DNA of 64,000 bases from Felis catus (lineage: Eukaryota), in NCBI RefSeq assembly GCF_018350175.1, contig NC_058368.1:181104001-181168000 (forward strand). The letters are read 5' to 3'. A program made the position numbers and the translations under genes. Positions 1 to 13,127 of the stretch are shown here, one piece after another. The notes beneath the pieces are model-generated. The model ran no database searches, had not been told where the DNA came from, and saw only the letters and a list, made by a program, of their open reading frames with translations. The first letter of the stretch is position 1. Each line of letters begins with the position of its first letter.

Positions 1-132
1 TCTGGATGCTATATAGAGAGTAGAATTAAGGTGAAGTAATTGCCAGTCTCAGAGATTCATATCCTCAACTCCTCACTCTCAACCCAGGCTAGGTGGTTAA
101 AGTCCTCCTTGTAGTCCTTCTTCTAGTCTTCT

Positions 133-190
133 AAAACAAAACAAAACAAAACAAAACAAAACAAAACAAAACAAAACAAAACAAAACAAA
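133..190 (+). repeat. (AAAAC)n pentanucleotide microsatellite
   Basis: About 11 perfect AAAAC units read directly. Confidence 0.97.
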
Positions 191-1050
191 TCAGAACAAA
201 GATCTACTGTTAACTGAAAGGAGGAGGAATAGACAACAGGGGAAGAGAAAAAGGTAAGTGAAATAGAATCCGTAGTCCACGTTGCAGCTGCACAATCGAG
301 GCTGAGATAATTAAGTTGCTGGGGAGAGGTGGTAATGATGACACCCAAATGCAACACCTGCAGCCTCTGCTCTTAACTGTATGCTATACTAGCTCCTCGT
401 AGGTTCAGGATACTTTTTCAAGACGTTGAACTGACCAGGCTATCTTTGGGTAATGCTTGTGGTGGGTAAAAATTTGGAAGGTAAGTGCTTCCAATTTAAG
501 AACAGAAAGACCTCTTTGTTTGACTTATCCTGGAACAAAGAGCTTAGATAATTTGTAAAATCACACAGGTACTTAGGGTGAGGGATGGACACAGCAGACA
601 GGCTTCCTGAGTCCCTTGAGGGAAACCAATTTTCTCACTCCATCATTTGACCTCTTTTCTATGCTGATCCTTAGCGGGAACTTGAGACTTATAGGTTGTG
701 GTTGTAAACTGGGAATTTTTATAGTAGGAGGTCATGAGTTTAGAAGCTACACTGACCTAGAAGGTAACTTAAATGGTAAAGGGTGAAACAGATCAGGAGT
801 AAAAGAAATACTTTATTTTGTGAGACTGAGTACCACTTACTATTAATCATCATATATCCAGCCTCACACTTTGTTACTAAAGTTTTTGTTTGACCCTGAC
901 ATCCATGTGAATGAGCTCACTCAAATAATGGTACTGATGTTCCAAGGAAATCAGTGTGAGAGGTGGTTCTTACTTGGAGGCTGCTGAGGAATATCCTGTT
1001 TTTGTTTTTGTTTTTGTTTTTGTTTCTTTTCTTTTTCTGATTCAAATTTC

Positions 1051-1224
1051 TTTTTTTAATACGAAATTTATTGTCAAATTGGTTTCCATACAACACCCAG
1101 TGCTCATCCCAAAAGGTGCCCTCCTCAATACCTATCACCCACCCTCCCCTCCTTCCCACCCCCCATCAACCCTCAGTTTATTCTGTTTTTTAAGAGTCTC
1201 TTATGCTTTGGCTCTCTCCCTCTC
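1051..1224 (-). mobile_element. 5'-truncated felid LINE-1 3' end (L1_Fc-like) with 15-bp TSD
   Basis: Reverse complement reads as the cat L1 3'UTR (GAGGAGGGCACCTTTTGGGATGAGCACTGGGTGTTGTATGGAAACCAATTTGACAATAAA) plus an A tail. TCTGATTCAAATTTC is duplicated at 1036-1050 and 1225-1239. Confidence 0.92.
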
Positions 1225-3952
1225 TCTGATTCAAATTTCAAGTAGGTTTAGTGACGCTGATTTCCTATGAAATGAGGATGACCTTTTGTCAATATATAAT
1301 GTCAATGCCCATGTGCTTATAAACATGCTGTTTTGTACCCATAATAAGTAATGTTGCCCTCGCTATATGAAAATATTGGGACACCATGATTTAGTTTTTA
1401 CTTCAAGACTAATGGTTAACAGACAAAAAGACTGTTTAGCTTTTGTTTATACTCGCTTGCCTTCACAGTCAGAGGGTGGTTGAACTGTAGGCTGTCAATT
1501 TCTCTATGTGTAGCAAGTTACAGGGAATCTGGGTGACAAACACTTACAATCCATACCTGATCCATTCTACTTATACATTCACAGTAAAAATATTAGCCAT
1601 TAATTTTCCATGTCACCTCTGTTTCTCGAGTGTCAATTCAATGTTCTTTTGCCTCCCAGCATCATCTGGTTTTACTTTCTGCAGTTGTTGTTCCTGGTTT
1701 TCTAAATACCCTTCATGTTGCAAAAGAAATGGCTTCATTTTGTTTGAGCAGCTATTATAAATAAAACCAACTATACTGTAATGAGTCCTAAAGCCTTAGT
1801 TAGCACGCTTCTAACAACCTTTCAAAGGTGGATCAGCATTAAAGATGTATTACCGGGATCTCATAAAAGTTAAATATATTTCCCAGGAACCTTAGCTGAA
1901 TTAGGGGCAAAGCCAGAAAAAAGAATTATTACCTCGACTTTAGCCTTTAGGCCATGTTATAAGAACAGACACCCCATCAAACAACTTCATAAATGTGAAG
2001 AACCTAATTAGAAAATTAATTCCCAATTATGCATATAGAACGAAGTCTGCTAAATAAGGAAGGGACCACAGCGGGGAAAGTCAAAGCAATGTGTAAATTC
2101 TTTCAGTTGGGAAACCTGCTTCTTACAGAAGGGTATTGAAATTGAGACCTAGGGAACACAATTTATTTTATGGGAAAGGCCCTATGGCTTCATTTCTCTG
2201 GCCTTGGGGATTTTCATTATTACTTACAGAAGGTCAGGAAGTCCTAAAACTCTTTGAAGCTTGGGCCACTGCCCATGGTGGGGGTGAGAATAAAGAACAG
2301 ACAAAACAAAACCTTATCAACCATTCTTTTAAATGGGTAATTTCAGAGTTTCAATGTATGCATGTTTTATCTCTATGGCTTAATTTCCATCTGAAAAACT
2401 AGAAAATACCCATGCATACATAGAAAATACCCAGTGCATATTTTACCTTTGAAATATGAACAATACTCTGTTTGTTGCTTGAGATACTTTGAGATGAATC
2501 TATTACTTATATAAGGATAGGGATTAATTTACAAGAGAATCAAATATATTACATTTACTTAGATACCCAATAGCATCCGTAAGATATGATGGTGATAGCC
2601 TAAGTAGCTAGTGGGCTTCTCTAAAACACACCCATATCACTCCTGTCTGTGTTTTCCAAGGGAACAGTCCCATTATACTACCTCTTTAAATGGGTCTCAC
2701 ATGCAATTAAAATGAAAATTATGGCCCCATAATGGGCCATGATGTAAGAACAATACATGCTCTTAGAAGGTTTCCTCGTGTTTTTTTTTTTTTTTTTTCC
2801 TGAGCAATGAAAATTATCTCTTTGTCAGCCCCGTGGCATGGTCACAATGCAAGGCCTCAGATGAGAGAAATGTGTTCATTAGGAGAATTGGATTACTAGG
2901 CAAGGTGCCAGGTTGTGTTGCTTCATTTGGAGGAGAAAGGAGAGTTGGGTTCTCCAGCACCACCTGCCCATCAAACCCCTGAGCATTTTCAGCCTTTCAG
3001 GTGAACTTGGAAAATGTTACCTTGCACCAACAAAGGAGAGGGCAGGAAATTGACTCCAAACCTATTAATTTAATATACTGTCTTGCAAATCAAGGTTATG
3101 TTGCAAGAGATATTAATGGTAGCATTAACCAGGAGTTATACACAAAAGAGGGATGGGACTTTCAAATTAAGATCTAAGGAGGGAATTACCAAGTATGCTG
3201 TCTGCAGTGTGAAAGATACTTACGATCTGATTCTAGAAGTCATTATTTTACTATCAGTGGAAGCCACAGGGGCTTTGAAGGAGAAAAAGTCTGCTAAATA
3301 AGGATGGTACCATGATAGAACAAGAGGATCAAAATCGGGGCCACTGCTGGGGCGGGGCCATGGATTGAACCCTTCTCATTTTCCTGAGATGCCCTGGAAA
3401 GTTGCCCTAAAGTTTCTGAGATCAAAGTACATGTAGTATGAGAACAGAGCCTTCAAACTGTTTCCTAGTCCCTCAAACCAATTTCAACTAGTAATTAACT
3501 GATTCCCAACATCAAAAGGTGAGATATCCCAGGAGGAGTCAAAGAAGATCAAAGCCTGTGGTGAGGGGTCCCCCTGCACCCTATCCACCCTCCATCCTCT
3601 TTCCCAGACATCCATCCATCCGACTGCAGCAAGTGAACAGTCGCATTGCTTCTCACTAGAGACCAACATCAAACAGACTTCCAAATAACTTGCTGGAGTT
3701 TTCAAGCTCTGTTAGAAGAAAATGAGGAAGGCACAGGTATGCGACCATATGGTCCAGATTTTCTAGCACAGTCTAGGTTTGTAATATTCAGTCCTGTTGT
3801 CCCCATTGCTGGGACAGAACCTAAAACAAGGTCACCAAAGAAAACCTGGGTAGTGCCTGGCACACAGTATATGATAAGCCAATGTTAACTCCTGTCTTCT
3901 GTATATCACCGAACAGAATGCCGAATTATTGTATTTGTTCAAATATTTTGTA

Positions 3953-3954
<2 letters not shown>

Positions 3955-3987
<33 letters not shown>
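3955..3987 (+). repeat. (TG)n microsatellite
   Basis: Direct read. Confidence 0.95.
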
Positions 3988-3988
<1 letters not shown>

Positions 3989-4442
3989 GCACATTGGCTT
4001 TCCATAATTTGTGTAAGCCAGATGCTGGATACAACCCTGTCAGAGCTGGTCAGTCTCTGTGAAGAATGGGCCATTTTCTGTAACCCACTTACTGAGGCAT
4101 TTTTCTACGACATTCTGAAATGTGCTTGATTAGTCCAGATCCCCTTGCTTTCATTCATACCCCTGGTTAGTTTCCAAGGCATTCCACCAAGGTGTGCATG
4201 CCTACAGATGCACCCAAGCAGATCCTTGAGATTGGTGTTCAGACAGAAAAAAATCTGTAGTCTAAGCTTTTACAGATTTTGTTTTCCAGGAGATTCTTTG
4301 AAACAAATTTTTAGGGTGACCTGCAGTCAAACTGTACCTAAGGACTGAGTATAGGAGAGCAATGAGAGAGAAAGTCAGGATAGGGCTCCAGTTTCTAAAG
4401 TGGAAAGGGTTCTGTCAGTACCTTAAACTCAAAATCTCTAAA

Positions 4443-4455
4443 GTTTGTTTATTTT

Positions 4456-4488
<33 letters not shown>

Positions 4489-4607
4489 CGAGCGGGCACG
4501 ATTCAGGGAAGGGCCCATTACATGGCTCAGTCTCAGGAACCATGAAATCACGACCTGAGCCAAAATCAAGAGTCTGATGCTCAACAATTGAGCTACCCAG
4601 GTGCCCC
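4443..4607 (-). mobile_element. Can-SINE (SINEC), diverged and internally deleted
   Basis: GGGGCACCTGGGTAGCTCA head on the minus strand, (GA)n tract, TTTATT tail. Confidence 0.88.
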
Positions 4608-6424
4608 AAAATGTGATCCTTTTCTTACGGTACTATGCTATCTGTGGAACCAACCTCTTTCTTCAGAGTCTCCATCAACATCTATACCTTCTTGGATCTT
4701 TACCCCCTCCTGGATTCATTAATTCCACCAACTTCCCATCTGTCTGGTACTTTCCAATGCTACTATGCTGATTTCAGTCCTTATGATTTCTCTAGAGTGT
4801 AATGCCTCAGGACTGGTTTCCTTATTACAAACCATAGAAGATAGCACTGATGGATTCACTTGTAAATGTTACATTTTTATATATTCACACACCAAATCCT
4901 GGGACTCTGAGAGTTCCACACTGCCTAAAAGAGGTAAATAAATTTGAGAAATTGTCCTGTATCTCTAAATCCTATCCCGGTATTAAAGGGCTTCCTGATT
5001 CTCTCCCTTCACTGCATTCAACCTTTACCCTCCTCTGGATTTTTGACCCACATTTTCAAAAAGATTGAAGGAACAAGTGGCTTGAGTTGAATTATAGCTG
5101 TGTCCCTTTTATGAGTCATCTGGCTTCCCATAGTCTGTCTACTCCCAATTATATGTCCGACACTGGGGTTGAATGTCTATTACTTTTTAACTTTGCACTT
5201 GTACGATTATTTTTCTTATCACAAGGTGAGGGGAGATATGTAATGTTCTTATTGCTCCCATGTCTCTGTCACCAATCACCCTGGTCCACTCATGTATGTT
5301 AACTGCTTAGCTTCAGTACACTTGAGTTTGTGTCTCCTGCCCCATAGCTTTTGTGTAACTGAAATGGAACAGGCTAACCCCTAAGGAGAAGTTAGCCACA
5401 ACTCAAAGTTTTAACACCAAAATTGTCTCATTTTCTAAGGTTCAGCTTGGTTTCCTCAGAATTACCTTTTGCATTTTCACATTTCTCCTTTCTTTTGGCA
5501 TTTTAATGGAAATAACCATACCTCCACAACATTTAATAACATCTTCCAGAAATAAGCCAGCTCTTTGATAACGACCCACTACACTGATACCATCAGAAAA
5601 TAATACCCATGGAGAATAACACAAACCTTTTGCAGAAAGAATAGCTACAAGGTGAAACCCATTACTTGGAATGAATACAGGAAAGGATTTGTTGTTATTG
5701 TAATATATATTCTTTTTTGTTTTTCTTTTTACATATAGCTCCCTCAGGAATAATTTTTGTGAAAAGATAAATGTATCAAACTAACTTTTTGACTTTTCTT
5801 TCTCTAAACTAACACTGATAACATACAATGAAACTCTTATTCACTGGATAACATATGCTGAAGGACTTATGAAAGCACTCTTTAAAAGCTGCATTGTCTA
5901 TTTCCTTTTAATCATTCCTTGTTTATTAAAAAAAAAGGAAAAACACCTCTCTGCTTTCTAAATGACATGTCCCTAACAAAAGGAAAATAACACCCAAGTT
6001 TGTCTTATGAGGAATATCAAAGAAGACTCAGACGGGGAAGAGTTTCTGCTCAGTTTCTAAGCTTGATTTGATTGGTGCTTGTTGTGACTCCCTAGGGCGA
6101 TAGCCCTAGTGCCCCTTATGGGTGACCACCATCGTCTTTCCTCACCCACCCCTCCTCTGTGTTCACACATTGCTGCCATCTCTTTCCATCCCAATGGGCA
6201 ATTTATACTGATTCTTTCCTCACCCCAGCCGTGAGTCAGTCATCTTAAGAGATTAGGGAAATGAAAATTTGATTCTGCTCAAGGAGAGAGACCTGGTTTA
6301 GAATGAACCTCTCATCCTTTAGATTAATAAACTGAGACCTTAGAGGTCATTTGACTTGTTAATGTAGTTGAAGAGCCAGCGGGGGTGGGGAGGGGCAGGT
6401 CTCCTGCCTGCTGTTTTGAGAGCG

Positions 6425-6590
6425 AGTTTAGCATAATTGTTAAGAACATGGACTTTAATGTGGGAATTCTAGACAGAGTTCAGAGTCAAGTCCTGGCTCT
6501 GACACTTACTTTTTTAGTGATTTTGGAAAAGTTACCCGACCTTTTTGAGCCTCAGTTTCTTCTTTTGTCTAATGGAATAATGAGAGAAGC
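6425..6590 (+). mobile_element. MIR SINE
   Basis: Core ...CCTGGCTCTGACACTTACT...GAAAAGTTAC...TGAGCCTCAGTTTCTTCTTTTGTCTAATGGAATAAT. Confidence 0.75.
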
Positions 6591-6763
6591 TGCATTTTTA
6601 AGGCATTTATCTTTTTGAAGTCTCCCAGTGTCTATAGGACAGTGTATGATACATAAAGCAGCTACCATTTATTGAGTGCATAATTCTACCCTTATTATTA
6701 CTGTTTGGTCACCACAAACCCACCTATTGACCTTTTTTACAATCCTCTGGAATTGCCTGAGTC

Positions 6764-6980
6764 TTTTTTTTTTTTTTCAACGTTTATTTATTTTTGGGAC
6801 AGAGAGAGACAGAGCATGAACGGGCGAGGGGCAGAGACAGAGGGAGACACAGAATCGGAAACAGGCTCCAGGCTCTGAGCCATCAGCCCAGAGCCCGACG
6901 CGGGGCTCGAACTCACTGACCGCGAGATAGTGACCTGGCTGAAGTCGGACGCTCAACCGACTGCGCCACCCAGGTGCCCC
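6764..6980 (-). mobile_element. Young felid SINE (SINEC_Fc-like), full length, perfect TSD
   Basis: Many CpGs retained, poly-T tail on the plus strand. TGGAATTGCCTGAGTC(TTT) at 6748-6766 and 6981-6999. Confidence 0.97.
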
Positions 6981-7959
6981 TGGAATTGCCTGAGTCTTTA
7001 AATCCACACTATCTTTGGAAAGACCTCTCCCACCCTAAGGAAAAGGAGAGAGTATTTGCTCCGAATAAAAGAGAAATGGAGAAAACAGAAAAATGCTCAT
7101 GTTATGTGAGAAAAACATGAGCTCAAACCTCAGGTTGCAAAGTACATTTATGCTGCCCTAGGAATTCTGTGTGAATCCCCCATTACCAAGCTGGTTTAAT
7201 TTGTTTAGTTAATAACTTTATATGACCTGTTTTTATTTAGCATGTGTACTGGCAGCTTTTTTATATAATTTCTGAGTCCACAGTGGCATGCTTTCCCCGA
7301 ACATTTATGACGTTCCACAACTCAACTTCCAAAGAAACCCATTATGAAATTAAATGGATCCAGGTGGATAATTTGAGAGGGTAACTATATTGCATGCAGC
7401 AAAGACAATATGTAAATATTGCAGCAATCTCTCTGACATGGTATTAGAATATGAAAGAAAATGAAATCAACAAAACTATGAGATACTGAATTAATTTACT
7501 TTCAAATATTAAAAGTAATGAATCTTCTACTTATTTTCATATTCCTATGACTCATCTTAATGCTATGATAATTTTTAACTCCATTACATTACTTAACACA
7601 TTGCCATCATAGTACTCTCTAAATGAATGCCTAGCACATTTTCTCGACCATGGTTTGCCAGAAGTTGCGTTTATATTGTTGCCATTCTGGGTTCGAATCG
7701 GCTATTGTGAAATTTTAAAAAGTACAACAGGATGGTCAGCACTTGATTTGATGTTTTCTTTACAAGACAAACAAATAAATGAGAAAGAAGGTATAATCAG
7801 CCACAGCCATTATGTGAGATACAGAGAACAATACTCACAATACTCTATTCTGAATATTAATCTATCTTGTTCTTCATTGGAAATGTGTCTTCCCTTCAGT
7901 TTTTGTACATATGTTATTAAATATAGGACTTTGAAAATTCACAGAAGCTGTTGGCTTAA

Positions 7960-8321
7960 TAATTCAGCAATAAAAGGAATAAACTACTGACACAGTGTAC
8001 ATCGTGGACGAACCTCAAAAAACTTATGCTAAGTGAAACAAGTCAGGCACAATAGAGCATATATTCTATGATCTCATTGACAGGAGATATCCAAAAACAG
8101 GTAAATTTATAGAGACAGAAAGTAAATTAGTGGTCAACTGGGGTTGGGGGTGGGAATTGGGATTAAATTGTAAATGGGCATTCACATTTTATTGGAGGAA
8201 CAAAAATGTTCTCAAACTTATGTATGATGATGTTATCTCAGTAAAGTTACTAAAAGCATTGAATTGTATACTCAAATGGCACAGTTATGATATGTAAAAT
8301 ACCTCAATAAAGCTGTTAAAA
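7960..8321 (+). mobile_element. Old LINE-1 3' end (L1MB-like)
   Basis: TGCTAAGTGAAACAAGTCAGGCACAA...ATAGAGACAGAAAGTAAATTAGTGGT...CTCAATAAAGCTGTTAAAA, typical of L1M 3'UTRs. Confidence 0.85.
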
Positions 8322-9309
8322 CACCCAATAACCTGGAAGCTATAATTAATGCATACATGATTTAAAACTAATCTCATGTCAGGCTGTTTGAGAGAGGAAC
8401 TTTTTGATTTGTGTCATCAAAAAGTCATATCCTACTTTGCAGTGATACATAGGACATCTGGGCACTGAGCACTGTGGAATTCATGCGTCACATATGAAGC
8501 CATGTGGTTTACTTATAGAGGCAGTTTCTAAAACTCTCCTTCACAGAAGACACTGTCCCTCCTACTGCTTTACTTTCTTCCGTATGACATCCATACAATG
8601 CGTCAGAAGTGCACTTAAAATCTGCAGTGTGCAAACTCAGAAGATATTGAGATTAGTCCTTGATCCCTTTTTTGAATTCAATGAATTCTGCTAAGTGCTG
8701 TATTTCTTTCATTGAGCAATGCTGTATGGCCAATCCTTTTACAGTTCTATCATATCTTTCTTTTTTCTTCCTGTCTTAAATATTTTGCTTTTAGGCCCTA
8801 CTGTAATACTTGTGCTATACTTAATAGGAATGATCATACACAACAGCTCTATGTCACATAGGTAATACAAGTTCACAGTAGACTCAATTTGGTGTGCAGG
8901 GTTATGTCTATGTGTGAAGAAATACATATATGTAAACACTTGTATATACAAAGCATGGTAAGTGGAAGTAAAAAAAAATATAATACATCTTTGGAATAGC
9001 TACTTAAGTCTTTCTGTCAGCTGTGTATAGTCATCTCAGCAGAAAAGAGCTCATTGTGTAAAGAGCATCTACACTGGAAGTTGCTGTATGTTGACATCAT
9101 GTCTCTCATCTCACATTCATTTCTCCTCATTTCTTCAATACCTGATATTTTAGAAATCTGGGGTGTAGCCAAAGGGAAAGAGGTGCAGACCCTGAAAAGA
9201 CAGATTGATTACTTTCTGGCTAAGGGAGCAGGGAAAACAGAAGCCACCAGTGAATGAGAGTCACTTTTGGGTCCGGCTTGGTGGTATGCTGGTGGGTCCT
9301 CTCTGTTAT

Positions 9310-9445
9310 TTTATTCAATCCTTGCAACAGCTCTCTGAAGCAGGTTTTATCATTCCCTTTTCACTGATGAGGAAGTCTGGAGCAAGTTAACTAACTAGCC
9401 CAGGTTCACTGAGTTAGTAAGTGAAGCAGACAGATTTGACTTGAA
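9310..9445 (-). mobile_element. MIR SINE
   Basis: ATCATTCCCTTTTCACTGATGAGGAAGTCTG...GCCCAGGTTCACTGAGTTAGTAAGTG. Confidence 0.72.
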
Positions 9446-9965
9446 TCCCTATTTGTTTCATGATTAAAATTGATTCTGATGCCCACTAGCTTTTACTATC
9501 TTAGGAAGAGTAGTAAACCATTACAGCAATGTGTCCTGCTGTCCTGTCAACCCAAAAGGACTTTTTGAGAGATGAATCAGCAAGAATTCTGGGAGGTAAA
9601 AAGAGTGACCATATTTTTGAGAAACCCAAATACATTTTGTTGATTTATTTTCTGAACAATCCTGATAGATTGCTTATTTCCTCAATGAACTAATTGGAAG
9701 GCATATCTTTGTGATTACTATGAAATCCTTCTGCAATCGGCCATAATAGATAGGCGATCAATTATCGGCCCCCTATCTCTTATAGGTAACCACTGTCCAT
9801 GGTTTATTTCACTCTGTGAGCCGTTCTAGAAATAAGTAGGTGACATACTTGGATGCAAATATAACTTCTGGGTTTTACAATTAACTTCTATGAACAAATA
9901 TACTAACACAGGAAGACTTCATAATTCTGAGAGTTATCATCACGTTTACTTTATTAAATTATTTA

Positions 9966-10155
9966 TAGTAAAAATTCTCAAACTTGAGTGTGCATTAGAT
10001 TTCCCTGGAGGGTGTGATAAAACACAGATTGTCTGGCCAGCTCTCATGTTTCCTACTTCAGTAGGTCTGAGGTCTGCCAGAGATTTTGCAATTCAAATAA
10101 GTTTTCAGATGATGTTAATATGCTGATTTGAGGACCCCTTTTTGAAAACCACTAC
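9966..10155. mobile_element. MER5A-like hAT-Charlie MITE
   Basis: TTCTCAAACTTGAGTGTGCATTAGATTTCCCTGGAGGG...CAGTAGGTCTGAGGT...TTTGAAAACCACT. Confidence 0.82.
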
Positions 10156-10719
10156 CCAAAGGAAAGAGGAAAGGTCTATGTATCTAGGTATCTATTTATC
10201 TTTTCTATAGCTAAGAATGCATTTTACAATTTATTGCAAATTTCAGTATCCAAACCCATTTAAAAGTAGACACACCAAGAGTTTGACTCTGCTTTATGTT
10301 ACTACATAACATCGGGGTCTTGATTAACATTTCAAAGCACATTTTTCTCATTTGCCAAGTAATTTTACAATTATTTTTATGTTGTTGTTGTTGCTTGGTT
10401 CTCGTAACCACTTGACTGATTGGGCATGACTAGTTTATTACTATTCTCCTTAGGTTATAAATGAGACAACCAAAGCCCAGGGAAGTTATGTGACTTGTCC
10501 ATATAGCTAGAAATGATTGAAAAAAAAATGAAGGCAAGTATCATAACAACAGTGCATTGGGCCAGGAATTTAAAAAGTTGGGACCTAATTTCCTCCTAAG
10601 GAGGCTCTATCTTCTTGGTGACAAATTGTAGATACAAATAATTCAGTTTATTCATCTATAAATGAGGGATAGACCAGATAGCCAATATTCCTTCTGGTTT
10701 CATTTTATTCATTTCTCTA

Positions 10720-11290
10720 ATTGTTCACTGACATAAATATTCATTAAGACTTTACTATGCACCAGGCACTTCTAAGACTTGAAGATAAAGAAATGAGTGA
10801 GATACCTGACATGACATTCTTACATGTCCTGAAGCTAACATTCTAGGTCAAGACAGAGGAGTAAATTCACAAACCAGCTCATTTAAAATAGTGATGATAT
10901 TAATTAAAAAAAAATTGGGTTAGATGATAGAAAATGACAGGCTAAAATGCTACTAAATCTTAGTGTTAAGGTTCTCCCTGAAGAAGTGATATGTTAGTGG
11001 TCCCTTGGATGACAAAAATTGAGCCAAGGCTATAAAGTGATAGGGAAAGCATATTCTGGGCAGGGCTGTATTAAAGGCAAAGATCTGAGCTATAAGTCAA
11101 CTTGGCTTCTGTGAGAAATAGGAAGAAGGCCAGAATTCTGGTATTGGGTGAATAAACAAATGGTAAGAAAAAACATTTGGAATGGTAGGTAGAGCCAGAT
11201 CATTTAGAGTCTTAAAGGCCATGATAAGAACTTAGAGGTTTTTAAGCAGGGAAAGACATGACCTGATTCAGATTAAGATGACTCACTGGT
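10720..11290 (-). mobile_element. LINE-2 3' fragment
   Basis: AAATATTCATTAAGACTTTACTATGCACCAGGCACT (reverse complement of the L2 3' end) followed by the purine-rich antisense L2 body. Confidence 0.75.
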
Positions 11291-12869
11291 TCCACTGGGA
11301 TTGAAGAAGTGTACAAAAGTGAGCATACACACACATAAAAACCAATTTAAAATTTTTTGACCTTTAAGTGAATGTTTTCTCCTATTTATTTAGTACATGA
11401 AAGAGAACATACAAATTAATACACGAGCCAAAACTGTGACTTCACCATTGATACTTTAAGGATATTACTAAGTATTATAAACATGGGCAACTCAAGTAAT
11501 AATTAGGGGGAAGATCATATGGAAATTGCTAACAAACTCATTAGAGTGTGTTTAATTATTGCAGTGAAGGGTTAGCAAGAGGATTGGAGCTTACCAAATA
11601 AATCTGTTTGCACATGGATTGATATGCTTGTATCATAATTACTCACAGCTGTTGGATTTCTGAAGTTTATTAGGAACTTAATTCCAAAACTTTCATGCTG
11701 AAAAGATTTTTTAAGAGGGAAGTGTTAGCCCAGTGCCAGTAATGTGAGCAAGGAAAATTTTTCTAGCAATTCTTTTCAGCGATTACTTACAGAGTAACTA
11801 CAGATCTTCTCATTATACATAATGAAGTGGACCTGCTCATTTTTGATTTTCATACACTTTGCAGAAAGAGTAAAGCCTCGTGATTGAAACTGCTTGAGCC
11901 CTGTGATGAGAAGTTGCATGTAATATGTATTCCAATTACAAAACGATCTCAGAAAACAGGGTTGATGCCTGATGTATTCATTTGAAAGCAATTCTTGGCT
12001 AAATTGATCTTTAAATAATCTATCTATACGCTTGTTAATTTAATAGATCAACTGACATCAGGAGAAGACAGGAGTGCTTCATCCTTCACACTCTATCTTA
12101 TAGCTGACAACTAATTCTCCTTTCTTGGAGATTCATTTATTATACTTTATAAATTAGAAGAAATGTACAGGGTCCCTGAAATACAGCTGAGGCTATGCCC
12201 AATAGCTTCTTCTTACTTATCATCAATCAGAAAATTAATATTGTGCCTGGGCTAGCAATTTTGATCTCAGTCTAATTTTTGGTCTATTTAACTGATGGCT
12301 GCTGTCCTGACTTACAGTGCTACTGAGCGTAAATGAAGTGATTGATTATTTGTACCAAAGTGATTTCCTTTCTTTCCAAGGCTCTTTTTCAGATCAGCCT
12401 TTGATAAGTGCTAAGATTAACTAATGAGGACAATTTAAAAAGAAAATAACAACTTGAGAACCAAGTGTTATCAGTCAGTAAATTTCCCAATGTGTATGCA
12501 TGTAGGCACACACACATTCTGCCTATGTAGAATAAATCATGGTATTAAAGATCTTTTATAAGCTAGTGTTTTAACCCTTGTTGTCATGTACCTTGCATTC
12601 CAGACTCACAAATTACTAATTTTTCTTCAAACTTATGTTGGACTGTCATACATCTGTACCTATGTCCATTTCATTCATTTTATCTGGAATGTTCTTCCTT
12701 ATTTGAATTGGAATCACATCCAACCTTCCAGGACCAAATCAACATCTCTTCCTATGAAAAGGTTTACGTCATTCTATCCTAGGAAAAATCATTATGTACA
12801 TAAACTCTGTGTTTAATACTATTATTTTTCATCACTTATAATGCAAAGAGTAACAGCAACAATCATAGT

Positions 12870-13127
12870 GACAGCAAACACTTAAATTGTTCTAAGTTCT
12901 TTGTTCACTGTTCTAAGTTCTTTGTATAATATAATCTCATTTAATTTTTATAATAGCTCACTTACATAGATGATTTTATTTTCCTCATTTGGCATATGAG
13001 CAACAGAGGCAATGAGAGATGAAATAAGTTGTTATGAATCACTCAGATGTTAAGAGGGCTGAGCCAGATTTTGGACCCGGTCAATGTGGCTTCAGAGTCT
13101 AGTCTCTGAACTCCTACACTGTGCTAC
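12870..13127 (-). mobile_element. MIR SINE, near full length
   Basis: ATCTCATTTAATTTTTATAATAGC...CCTCATTTGGCATATGAGCAACAGAGGC...GAGCCAGATTTTGGACCCGGTCAATGTGGCTTCAGAGTC. Confidence 0.75.

Noticed and set aside
6092..6109. Perfect 7-bp hairpin CTAGGGC-GATA-GCCCTAG (similar ones near 2721 and 36723)
   Set aside because: Stems of 7-8 bp are expected by chance several times in 64 kb
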